DNA of 64,000 nucleotides from Octopus sinensis. Its lineage: Eukaryota. The stretch lies in the NCBI RefSeq assembly GCF_006345805.1, contig NC_042998.1:41354001-41418000 (forward strand), in the 5' to 3' direction. Shown one piece after another: positions 1 to 11,829 of this stretch (position 1 is the first letter of the stretch; the number at the start of each line of letters is the position of its first letter). The notes under the pieces were generated by a model. The model was not told the DNA's origin. It searched no databases and was given only the letters and a program-made list of their open reading frames with translations. A program made the position numbers and the translations under genes.

Positions 1-183
1 GACAAGTTTTAATCAAAATGTTATTGCAAGTTTTGTTCACTTTTTAACTATTTACATCTAGTTCTGTAGTACTATGCCCCACCAAAATATTGCCACACCC
101 AACCTTCAAAAACACTGGCATATATATATGTGTGTGAAAATATATATATATATAATGATGATTTTATATATTTTTTCTCTCCT

Positions 184-340
184 TGTTTTTCTCATTGTTT
201 TTTTCTGTGTCCCTTTCTGTAGAAGAGCGTAGGCTCGAAATGTAAAAGACTTTTTCTATTCCTGAACGTTATTCTAATACATCTGTTTTGTTTTGTACAC
301 CACCTGTCTTCGTCTTTTGTTTTTTTCATAAACTCTCCCT
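184..340 (+). mobile_element. Dispersed repeat fragment, probably Penelope-like terminal repeat
   Basis: Reverse-complement homologue at ~50335-50562 (aaagtcttttacatttc(g/a)agcctacgct). Carries a hammerhead-core-like motif at 208-250. Confidence 0.5.
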
Positions 341-348
341 ATATATAT

Positions 349-512
349 CATTAATGTCTGCTTTCCATGCTGGCATAGGAAAGACAGTTTGACTGAAACT
401 GGTAAGGCAGAGAGCTGCAAAAAGTTTCATTCAGATCTGGCATGGTTTCTATAGTTGGATGCCTTTCTCAATGACAACCACTCCAAGGGTGTAATGGATG
501 CTTTTTACATGC
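349..512 (-). mobile_element. RTE-tail / SINE family E copy
   Basis: Reverse complement of the aggaagggcatccagctgtagaaac...ccatgc(t/c)agcatgga family best preserved at 33484-33678. Confidence 0.65.
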
Positions 513-521
513 AATTGGTAC

Positions 522-552
<31 letters not shown>

Positions 553-2810
553 TTGTATATTTGTATGTTTATACACACACTCCGCTTACATATATGGATA
601 CATGTGTGCAGATGTCAGTTAAGCTCCTGCATAGCTGTATTTTTACTTTTTCATTTATCATGTTATTTGAAACAATCATTATGGTGAAATTTTATTTAAT
701 TAATTCTAGGTATGCAGCTAAATATTTACATTGTGAATATTTAAAAAATATTTATATTTATTTTAACCTAGAAATTGTGGCAATATTGAATAGTTCAACA
801 GATATAACTTTTACAGTATTGCATCATTTTATTTTTAATGAATGTTTATTAGTTTTAGATAAAACTAAATTTAAATCAAAATTATCATTCATTCATAATT
901 GCTTGTGTTCCTCAATAAAACCTACTTTCTTTTTCTCTTCTTTCAACTTCATTGAAGTTTTGTACATATTGAGGTAGTAACTTTTATGTAATTGACCATG
1001 GTTCAGCTGATAATCTTTTTTCTATAACTTAGACTTAACAATTAATCAATTGAGGTTATTGGTAAATATATTGCTTTAATAGTACTGTTCCAACATACAC
1101 CAAACACTTATGAGAAATTATTTCATAATTTGATTTATAATTCACTTTCAAAAAGTCTTTGTGATCTGTCACTGATTCTTGCCAACCTATCAAACAAATC
1201 TTTTCAAATTAACTTAGAGGATTTTAAATCCTGCTATATTTCCTGACATCGAAAAGTCAATTTTGATCTTGCCACTTTTTCATATTATCAGCCAATATCA
1301 GGTAACTTTCCTATTGCAGCTAATATACAAATTGTGATGACCAAATCTCAATAACTTCGTTTTCTAAATAGATTTTCATGCAAATGTTTCCCCAATGCAT
1401 CCAGTATGTACTGCCAACATCAGACTTGTAAAATGGATTTAACTGACTTTAGTAATAATTTAATGAACTAATTTGATGCAGCCGTCTTGTACCCTTGTAC
1501 CACACTATTTACATGAATGATTTTATTGTTAAAGCGGTCCTTCATCATGTCAAATACATGCTAGTCATAAGGCCAAAAACACAGTATTATGTTTTCTAAG
1601 AAACAAAGTGTACTTTTAGAAAATAATTTTTGTCAGTTTTGTAATCACTTTTAAGATGGCTTGTGTGTGCAGTTTTCCCTCTTCTCAAGGTTTTTCTTTT
1701 CTTCTTCTTCCTATGAAAATGTTTCATTTGGATTGTTGTAAACCAGATTGAAACTTTTGGGCTTATTTATCACATCATTAGTGGTAAAACATTTGCCAAT
1801 ATTTACATGTATGCCATCCTTTAAAAAAGGACCAAATTAATCAATATACATATAAATATTTTTTTAAAAAAAGACTTCATTGTCATATCAGTAGTCCAAA
1901 AAAATTTTACATATGATATTATTTGGCTTCCTTTCAATTAAAAAAATTGTTATTTATAATGATAAAAGCAAAATTCTGTCTGTCCATCTGGTATCCCTGT
2001 ATCTCAGTCTACATTTGCTCTACATAGACATATTATACCTTTTTGGAATTAGGATGATCCCAAGATAGAAAATCTGCCCTTCATTTGGTTTTGAACATTC
2101 AGCATTGGGATCTGATTTAAAAGTATTTGGGTTGCTATTTCCAACAGGTAAAGCTTAGCTGATTCACACCATCTTGGTTAGCGATTGTCAGATGATGTCA
2201 GAGATCAAAGGGGAGACAAATGACATTCACCTTGTTGGTTTTATGTCAAGATAAAAACTTTAAGACAAATTGGCCAACAGTTGGAATTCAACTTGGGACT
2301 GGAACAATAGAATGATTTGCATCACAGAATTAATTCTCATCTGTCCTTAACCTCTGACCAAACACCACCAGAGCAGATAGCCATTATAGACGTATTGTAG
2401 TCATGTTGTTTAGCTTTGTTTAGTTTTGGGCTGCATGCCCAATTAGACCCTAGCAGAAACTAGCTTAAAAGTGCACATGGAGTGCGGTTTTTAAGCTTGT
2501 ATACAATAACTATCAAATGTAATTCTCTTGCTCTCTCTCACTCTCTATATCTGTCTATCTTTCCTACCATCCCCCACCATTCCTAGGTAAATTTCACTCT
2601 TAAGAATTGTATTAGTACCAATTATTGCACTTCATGCCACACTATTGTTTAGTGTAATATTGGTTTTGTTCTAAAACAGAATGTTAAACAGTAGGTTTTG
2701 TGCCAAGCTTCAGTTTAATTTTTCTCATTGTTCTTATTTTTTGTCATTTTTATTGCAATAACTTTTTATAACCAATACTAATAATTAATTTTGTACCTTT
2801 CTTTTTCCAG

Positions 2811-2965
2811 ATTTTACAAGATGAAGTCAATCAAAAGAAGCCATCATTAGAAAATCTTAGACAATTAGTTAACAAGTTACTAGAAGAATATAGTACAGAA
2901 GATACAAGACATTTACAGGATCTACTAGATAAGTTACTAAAGCGTTGGTCAAACTTAACAACAAA
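2811..2965 (+). CDS. DMD: Dystrophin internal exon (rod-domain spectrin repeat; equivalent of human DMD exon 54)
   Basis: Pyrimidine tract plus ttccag acceptor at 2810 and AA|gtaagt donor at 2966. Phase 0 to phase 2, 155 nt. Translates ILQDEVNQKKPSLENLRQLVNKLLEEYSTEDTRHLQDLLDKLLKRWSNLTT. KLLEEYSTEDTRHL resembles human KLLRDYSADDTRKV (recalled), and the repeat-terminal Trp is present. Too short to appear in the ORF track. Confidence 0.93.
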
Positions 2966-3161
2966 GTAAGTACAAACTTAATTTTGTTATTATTGTTGTT
3001 AACCTTATAATTGAATAATGGAGAACGTTTTCAGCGATGTCATTTATTAATTGAAGATTATATACAAAATGTAATTCATACCAATGTAAATTTTGCATTA
3101 GGTTATATGCAAGCTTCTTACTACACAGCCACCCTTGCACCTATGAAGCCACTCCTGCACC

Positions 3162-3196
<35 letters not shown>

Positions 3197-5591
3197 GCAT
3201 GTATGTAAACTTACACAGACTAGATGATAAAAATAACTGATTACAGTTATTGTAGTTAATTATTGCATGTGATCTTGAATTGTAAAATTAAAAAGGTAGT
3301 GGTATTATAATAGAAGAAAATATATGAAATCCACAAGCTGAAAACCAATCCAGTATTTGAATTGTTGGTAAATGTGAATAAAGTGTAGGCTTTGAGTTTA
3401 TACAGTCTAAATTATATGACTTGTGAGTAGTGGTATATGATATCAGATTATTGAACCAGTACTTCAATATAAAGTATATTTTTTATTGTAATTGTTTAGT
3501 TGCTCTTCAAGACTGTATATAAGTTTCTTTTAATCAGTAGAACAAAACTTAAGTTTTCTGATCCTCAATAACTACAGAATATTTTTTAAATGTTATTTTT
3601 CCCATAGCTTGTGTAAGTTTGAAAGATGACGCAATATTGCTTGAATGGGGGAAAGTGTTCAGGAGTAGAGTTACTCTTGACTCTCTCTCTCTCTCTTCTA
3701 TGATACAAAGCTATTCATTTTAATGTGTTCCATCATAATTTTATGTTATAAACTTGCTGTTATATTCTAAATATGCATTAATATTTATTTTACTAAGTCC
3801 TACCAAGTTCTTCATTATTTAGAAAAGTTAATTAAACCATATGAACCATGTATTTCATTAAAAATATGATCATGAACCTATTAAAGAGAATTTTTGCTTT
3901 AGAAATTTGATTGTGCATTGAAGAAATTTCCTATCTTGACTGTTTGCAAGTGAAAACATTTGAAAGTAGTTTCTCAAATCAGAGTCAAAACTTTGTCATT
4001 TTTCTTTACTTTCATAAGTTTGCCTACTTTGCACATTACTTTATAACATATGTTATTGTTATTTATATCTATCCCTTATAATTGAAAACTTAATTTCATT
4101 CATAAATGATAATTTTCCTTTAATTTGACTTTGCTTCAAAAAGGAAGTTATTTCCAATAACTACACAAATGCATCTTTCCCTTTAAAAGTAAATATATTT
4201 ATAGAAAAATGCAAGTATTAATTCTTAACATCAGTTCTTGCTTTTACATCAGTCATTGAATTTATTGTAACTAATAATAAAAATCATATTAGTCCTCAAG
4301 ACTTCATTTTACCATCTCACAAACTAAATTAATTCAATTTTCCTTATATAAATGAGAGTCCTGTCTTCCTCTTTTAGCATAATTTCAAAAACTATTTATT
4401 TTAATCTTTACATCAAATTTTATTGAAATACAGAGAAATTTTTAAAAGATACCGAGAAAGTGTTTATAGCATATTTTTCTTCACACATCATAGTTCTCCA
4501 ACTGAGCCTTGTGAATCACTATGCTACTATAGTTTAATTAAAAACACTTCAATCAACTTATCATTAATGTTAATGGATATAGATTTCTAGAAATAGTAGC
4601 ATTTTAGTATGAACCATTGGTGTAAATGGCCAGTTTGATATAATTATGTTTCTCTTTGGTGAAATATATAATAAATTGCTGAGATCAAACATAGAATTTA
4701 TGTGCTTGGAAATATAAAAATTATTTCTTTTATTGGAAATTAACAAGATCTTTTACCAAAGCCAGCTTAGAAATCCTGATGGAAATGGCAGAGCAAACTT
4801 AACAAATGTGAAAAGCATAACTATAGAGTTAGATACTGCTAGGACATGAAAAATTCTACTGATCAAAAGAAATGGCCAGTTGTATAATTTCAGATATTAA
4901 ATTAAAGCAAAAGATATTTCAAAGTTAGGATATTTTTTTTACTCAAGTATGAAGTTAAATATTTTACACCTTCTGTTATGTCAACAGCTGTAGAAAGTAC
5001 TATCATCTGCTATATATAATCATTGTCATATTAATAATTATCATATAAATGTTAGTTGATCATAAATATATTTATAAGAAAAGAAATTCAGATTTATTTT
5101 GAATTGATTTTGCTAATGTTGAACAGCACTTGTTTTCTGAACTGGAAAGACTTATGAATATGTAATTTCTAGATGTAGCTTAAAAAAAATAAAATCATCA
5201 ATTCATATATTCATCATATATTCGCCATATCAATCATATCTTCAATTTCTATATAAATACTATCATGAAATTCAAGGCAAAGTCAACCTGAGATATTTTA
5301 TGCATATAAAATAAAATAAACCTGTTAACTATCATGAAAGTTGTTAAATACTGTCTGAATATACAAAGCCTCATAATCAATAAGTAGTTAAAGTAAGAGA
5401 ATGTTAACTTCTGGCTTGGATTCATCTTGTCTCTTCTTAACTTTTAGCCTTGCATTGAAAATTGCTCAAAATAATTTTTAGATCTGTTTTAAAGCACATT
5501 TGATTAGTCAAACATTCTTTGAAAACATTCTAACAGTCTTTTTCAATTAAACCTATTAAATCTTGCATTCATTTAACTTAGCCATTATATA

Positions 5592-6861
5592 TCAGGTCAT
5601 TAAGAATGAAATGTCTGATTTTGAACTCAAAGTTTATTTTACTTTATCTCAACAAAAGGCAATGCAGTTAATCAAAGTATGCACCTAAATTATCAATACA
5701 ATTTTGCCATTTTATCGGTAGCTTATTTATGCCAGCAGCAAAGAATTCTGGAGAGCATGAGGTGATGAAATCATGAAAGACTGTTTTTGCATCTTCTTCA
5801 GATTTGAAATTCTTTCTTTGCAAAAAGTTGTCTAATGCCTGGAAAATATGATAGTCAGTTAGTGCAAGGTCTGATGAATATGGTGAATGACAGAGTACTT
5901 GTTCAGTTCCTGTAACTTGAGTAGTGTTCTTTGTGTAACATGTGGTCGAACATTGTCTTGCAAAAGAATTGGCCTGTCTCTATTGACCAATCTCAGTTGT
6001 TTAGTTGCAATTTCACTCATCATTTCATCCAGTTAGTTGATGTATACATCTGCTGTAATTGATATACCGGGTCTCATAAAGCTATAGTGGATGACACTAG
6101 CACTGGACCACCAAACAGCGCTGGTGTTATCCACTATAGCTTTATTGGTGAATATTCTGTTTTTGGATTGTGTTTTGGTGCTTCATCTCTATCCAGCCAC
6201 TGTGCAGAATGCTTGCTATTGTTGAAAGGAAGTCATCTTTCATCATACATAACAATATGATACAAAAATGGTTCGCTTTTATGCCATGACAGTAAAGAAC
6301 AGCAAGTTTCAAGATGACATGTCATTTGATGCTCATTCAGTTTATGTGGTACCCACTTGTTCAGCTGCTTTACCTTGCCAATTTGTTTCACAAAGTCCAA
6401 TACAGTTGGAATCGAAACATCAAACCTTGCTGCTAACTCACATGTAGTTTGAGATGTATCCACTTCCACTACAGTTTCCAGCTCATCATTATTCACTTTG
6501 GTCTCAGGTCTACCTTGGGGCTGATTTTCAAGGGTAAAATCACCAGACCAGAACTTCTCAAACCATCGACATACAGTGCACTCATTTGCCACATCTTCAC
6601 CAAACACCCCATTGATGTTTCGGGCTGCCTGAGATGCATTGGTTCTATGATGGAACTCATATTCACAAACAACTCCAATTTTTTATCTACCCATGGGTTC
6701 ACAAAAATTGATTTACTAGAGAAAACTCACAATATAATCAGACACCATGAATTACATTTCGAAAAGTGATGATGTTACAAAGAATTGTCAGGATAAAACA
6801 TTAGAGTTAATGACAAACTTGGTGCATAAGAAAATTAGACATTTCATTCTTAATAACCTAA
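5592..6861 (-). mobile_element. Full-length defective mariner (DD34D) transposon
   Basis: ~30-bp TIRs (tcaggtcattaagaatgaaatgtctgatttt vs reverse complement ttaggttattaagaatgaaatgtctaatttt), TA on both sides, 1270 bp long. Confidence 0.92.
5668..6695 (-). pseudogene. Mariner transposase pseudogene
   Basis: ORF 6233-6607 gives the HTH region, WVPHKL (WVPHEL motif) and FLYHIVMYDER. Downstream frames give LLQDNVRPH and HSPYSSDLALTDYHIF. Several frameshifts and stops. Confidence 0.92.
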
Positions 6862-7733
6862 TATTTCATAATATAATCTTGTAAACGGTGAGGGTGGGGA
6901 CCCAAAAATCAAGTTTTTTGTTTGATGAATTTCATATTTGTTGAATTTGTTATTTTAACCTCTGAAGTATATGTCTTTATTGAGAATTTTACTCTTTAAA
7001 GAATTTCTTGTTTATTTCCGATTATACTTGCTTGTTTATTATCAATTTAAGACGTATAAAATATTTATCAGAGTATGCTGACTCTTGGCTGTTGTCACTC
7101 CCTGATTCTATTACTTTACTGTTATATAAAGACTTGAATAATTGGTTACAATTTTAGAATGTATGATTGTCATTAAAATATTCTTATATACTCCAATGTG
7201 ACAAGAATGATGACATTATATGTGCAAGTGTGTTTTTCTTTTAAAATTTTTAGCATTGCATCAGGTGGGAAAATTTTATGAGGACATTTAATGAATTTGT
7301 GTAGTGACAAGCTATTAAATGAAATGTAAAAATGCAAGGTTGAATCCATGTGCTATAGTGTTTTAATATTATTGATCTTTTACATTAGTGCATCCTGCCT
7401 TTCAAGACTTGAGATTCCAAAATGGAACTAAAAAAAAAAAAAAAATTCAGTTTTAGCTTCAAACCAGTTAGCTGAGTGTTTATATGGCTTTATTGTTGGC
7501 TGGTTTCCTGTTGATTGAATTACTAGTTTTCAGTCACTGACCAGGGAACTGTTTTTCCATGTCATGAATGGAATTTTCATTTATCTGGTTTATATGTTTT
7601 CAACATGTGAATATATGCATTACCACCTCAAACATCATTGTCACTATGTCCTCCTCCCCCGCTTCCTCATCATCATCATCATTAATGTTATCATCATTTT
7701 ATTATTATTATTATCATTATTATTATTATTATT

Positions 7734-8235
7734 AAGGTGGTGACTGAAAAATTGTTAGCACACTAGACAAAATGCTGAGTGGCCTTTCTTCTGGTTTTAC
7801 ATGCGAAGTTCAAATTCTGCCATGGTTGACTTTGCCTTTCGTCTTTTCGGATCAATAAAATAAATAGTAGTTAAGCACTGTAGTTGATGTAATCAACTAG
7901 CCTTCTCTCCAAAAAATTTCAGGCCTTGTATCTATAGTAGAAAGTATTATTATTATTATTATTGTTGTTCTTTTTTTAACTCGGGTTTTGTTGGAACTCC
8001 TGAAGTTTTGCATGCATAGTGGGCTTGCTGTCTGCAGCCTACAGTACCATGCAGCCTGTTCTTTTCAACTATCTAATACTTTCCTGATTATTCTGGCCAT
8101 GCCAAGGCAGCAAACCTTTTGTAACAGTTCTACTAGGCACTCTATTCTGATTTCCTTTATATTCCTCTTGATGCCTTCTGATGCTGTCCCCAAGAACCCA
8201 ATAATAATCAGCACTATCATTATTATTATTATTAT

Positions 8236-8279
<44 letters not shown>

Positions 8280-8700
8280 CATGAGATGGTAAAATTATTT
8301 ACAAGCTAGGCAAAATGTCTAATGGCATTTCTTCTGGTTTTACATTAGTACAAATTCCACTGAAGTTTGCTTTGCTTTCATGATTTTAGGGTTGATGAAA
8401 TAACTACTGGTTGATCACTGGGATTGGTGCATCAACAAGACCCCTCGCTCCAAATTTCAGACCTTGTGACCATATTAAAAAGATTATTATCATTAGTAGT
8501 TGTGTGGTGGTGGTGATAGTAGTAGGGCTGTGGGCTGGTAGAATTGTTCGAGTGTTGGACAAAATGCATTGTGGCTCTTTGCATTCTGAGATCAAATCCT
8601 GCTAAGACCATCTTCGCCTTTCATTTTTTCAAGGTTGACAAAATAAAAACTAGTCAAATACTAGTGTTGATGGCATCAGCTACTAAACTCCTTCCTCTAA
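7734..8700 (+). mobile_element. Three degenerate tRNA-derived SINE (family D) copies separated by (ATT)n/(AGT)n tracts
   Basis: Copies at ~7734-7945, ~8281-8480 and ~8520-8700 share gttagcac...aaatgct...ggcatttcttctgg...ttcaaattc...actttgcctttcatc with the 42.1-43.0 kb copies. Confidence 0.7.
8217..8279. repeat. Compound (ATT)n(AGT)n microsatellite
   Basis: Directly visible; it creates the poly-I/poly-S of spurious ORF 7988-8284. Confidence 0.95.
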
Positions 8701-10049
8701 AATTGATGGCCTTTTTATTTTTATTCCATGATGTCAATGATTATATTACAGGAATCTCAATTCATCTCAATCCTTCAACTTTTGTATTTGTGTGGCCTAA
8801 TTTTCTTAAATTTGATCTTGTTTCTAGATTATCCTTGTTACTCTTCTTTGAGTATCATATAAGCAAAAGTAAAGGAATCACTGCCCGTGCATACATCTAT
8901 TAATCTTTTTTTCAAATCAGCTGTATTCTTTCTTTTTTTTTTTTTTGCATAATTGTAACATATCCCACAGATCCTCAAAAATCACTTCAGATTTTGCACC
9001 TTTACTACCATGCAATATTTCTTATTCATGGCTCATATACATATTAGCTTTCAATAGATACAGAAAGCCTTACACCACAAATAAGTTGATAAATATGAGA
9101 ATGCATTTTTGCGATAATAGAATTTTGTTATTAAATAAGATTAATTTTATAATTGGCTGAATAGGATTCAGTTCTAAGTTTCTTCAGTATTATTGATGTC
9201 ATAAATGCTAACATACTGGCACTGGTGTTTGATAATAAACTAGAGGGAATCATTGTAGAATGTATTATACAGCAAATAAACTATATAGTTTTAGTGTATA
9301 ATAATTTTCTTTAGTTAAGCCCATATATGACTTCTTTTTAACTTTAAATTATAACTCTAAAATTACTTTACCATGATTATGTAGGATTTAGCCCTTTTGT
9401 ACCAATTTGTTCAAGACCAGCATTGACACCAAATGCTGATGTTCATATTTAAATTAAATCCCAAATTTTGAGATTTTTACTAGATCAAACTTTGAACATT
9501 GTTTTATATCATTAAATTAAAAAAATGTTATCTTTCCAAACCTTCCCTCTAGTTATTGATTATCCTGAAAATTACATAGGCTGTGTAATCATGTTCAAAA
9601 TTTAAATGGTTTCATATACACAGAAATGCTTCACTGCAAACTATGTTAGTTAACTGTTTTCTAAATCCTTCCAGTCATGTAAGCCCTAGTTACTAGCAGC
9701 TATAATTATACCACCTAAATAGCAAAAGTTATAGTCACCTCACTTAAGTTTTATTGATAAACCTTCTTATGTTGCTACATTTTTGGTTTTCTGTTAGTCT
9801 TCCAATGATTCCATTACATTTTGTGCATTCAATGTTGACTGCATAAGATCATAATTCTGCTAAATCCTTTTCTGTACAACAAATGAAGGTACACTCTGAT
9901 GCTTGTACTCTTGCTACTCCTACAAAAGAGTTGTGTAGTCAATTTTGCTATTTAGAATATATAAATATGACTTTCCTTTATCGACTAAAAAAATAGTAAA
10001 AATTCATCTCAGTATTGGTGAAGTCAATCTGTTGAACCTTCTCCCTTAA

Positions 10050-10261
10050 CCCTTTTGTTACCATATTTCTGTTGATATACTCTGTGTTTCTTTCAATTAA
10101 TTTTAAATATAACAAAGAATTAGTAAAATAATTCAGTTTATCATTAAGCTCGTGTTAGGAACATAAATTGTGACTAAGGTTTGGTGGAAGATTTTAATTC
10201 AGAACTTTTGAAAACAAGACATTTGTACTACAGAACCAGAGGCGGGTTGGTATCAAAAGGG
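10050..10261. mobile_element. piggyBac-type MITE
   Basis: TTAA at 10046-10049 and 10262-10265 flank 14-bp TIRs CCCTTTTGTTACCA / TGGTATCAAAAGGG (13 of 14 match); 212 bp, non-coding. Confidence 0.85.
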
Positions 10262-11185
10262 TTAAACTATACCTATGTGATTAAGATCATTTCCCACATT
10301 ATCAAAATCTTCCCCATACAGTAGTGAACTGTGGTACATCTTTACAATTAGATGGAATTAACCATGAGTTAAATATTCTTTGCCTTGAATTCACTTCACT
10401 GCTATTTACAAAATACTGACCGTTGGCCATTTCTGCTGGTAGTCTGACTCCTTGCTAACTTAGCAGCTCCAATACTAGTCTTATCTTAAAACCTTAATGA
10501 AACCAAGAAAAAGGGGGTAAGTTTTTATTTTTGAAGAGGATACTTACTACAAGGCATTTTGTATCAAGTAATAGCTTCCTTCCAAGTAGAATTAATTGCA
10601 AAATTTTCTTGTACTCTTTAAAAACTATGTTTCATAAATAAAATACAAAAACAAAAAAAAGAAATTATGTCATAACAATGAACTATCCTTTCTACACACT
10701 CTTCATATTGCATCTGGTTGCTGATCAATAATCCAGTTTATGAACCATTATTCATGCTTTTTAACTATTTCTTATCTGCTCTAATTACTCCTGTATTCTT
10801 TATTGACTACTTTGGCTTTCTGGGTTCCCATTCCACTACTGAAATACTGTTCATTTGATTATCAAAAGAAATCAATATTTTGTAGGAGTTTTATTTCTGT
10901 TATTTCATTTTTAAACTTTATCTTCTTAAAATTATTAATAACATCTTTAAAAGTATAATGTCTGCATGAATGTGTGTGTTAAGATGACATTTGTTAAAGG
11001 GTTAATTTTCTTGTATGGTTATATGTGTATTAAAATGTGTTGTAAGATGATAGGTTAATATTCTTTTATTTGTGATTTTGGTTTTTCAATGACGTTTGTT
11101 TAATTTAGTTTCACTCTAATATTATGATTATTGTAACATTTTCTGGGCTTCTTTGTTGCTTGCCACATTATCTCTATTTGATATA

Positions 11186-11829
11186 CAAGGATCAGCTGAA
11201 AAAGTTCATAAGCTAATCAAGATGCTCTCATTGAATGTAATAAATGGGGTTTATTTTCAACATAGTCCCTCTTGCACCCCACACACTTCTTCCATTGGCA
11301 AAGTTGCATCCTGTTGATCAAAAAAGTCATCAACTTAGATATAATGTCCTCACTGCAATACTGGTTCCCAGCTAAGTGGGGAGGAGGGGTTCATATTGGG
11401 GAAATGATGATAGTCAGATGAGGCCAAATCAGGAGAATAGTGAGGGTGATCAACCAGTTCAAAGCCACAGTCACACACAGCAACCATTGAAACTTTTGTC
11501 GTGACAAATTCATTGTACAGAAAACTTTCCCTTCCAGCTGCCCACTTTTGCACTGTTGATAAAGCTAGAGTGTCATCCCTTAATGTTACAGTATGAATAT
11601 CCTTGGGTACTAAAACCTTTTTCTGTAGGTACTTGATAACACCACAATGCCAACTTTTGTCCATTTTCAAGAGAAGTCGCTACAAGTTACTTTTGAAATC
11701 TTCTTTGAACAGTGAGATGGAAAGAAACAATGCAGTTAATAAGAAGAATTGAAATTAATGCATCAAAGATTTCACGGCTCTAGCATCACTCCTTCTTAGT
11801 CAGCCTATGAACTTTTCAGGCCACCTTTG
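11186..11829 (-). mobile_element. Internally deleted mariner
   Basis: TA-flanked imperfect TIRs (caaggatcagctgaaaaagttcataagct / reverse complement caaaggtggcctgaaaagttcataggct). ORF 11350-11670 joins the N-terminal HTH (MDKSWHCGVIKYLQKK) to GFELVDHPHYSPDLASSDYHHFPNM; the central catalytic part is missing. Confidence 0.88.

Noticed and set aside
498-977. 159-aa ORF in the ORF track
   Set aside because: Starts inside a repeat, crosses TA/GT microsatellites, low-complexity composition with no protein motif.
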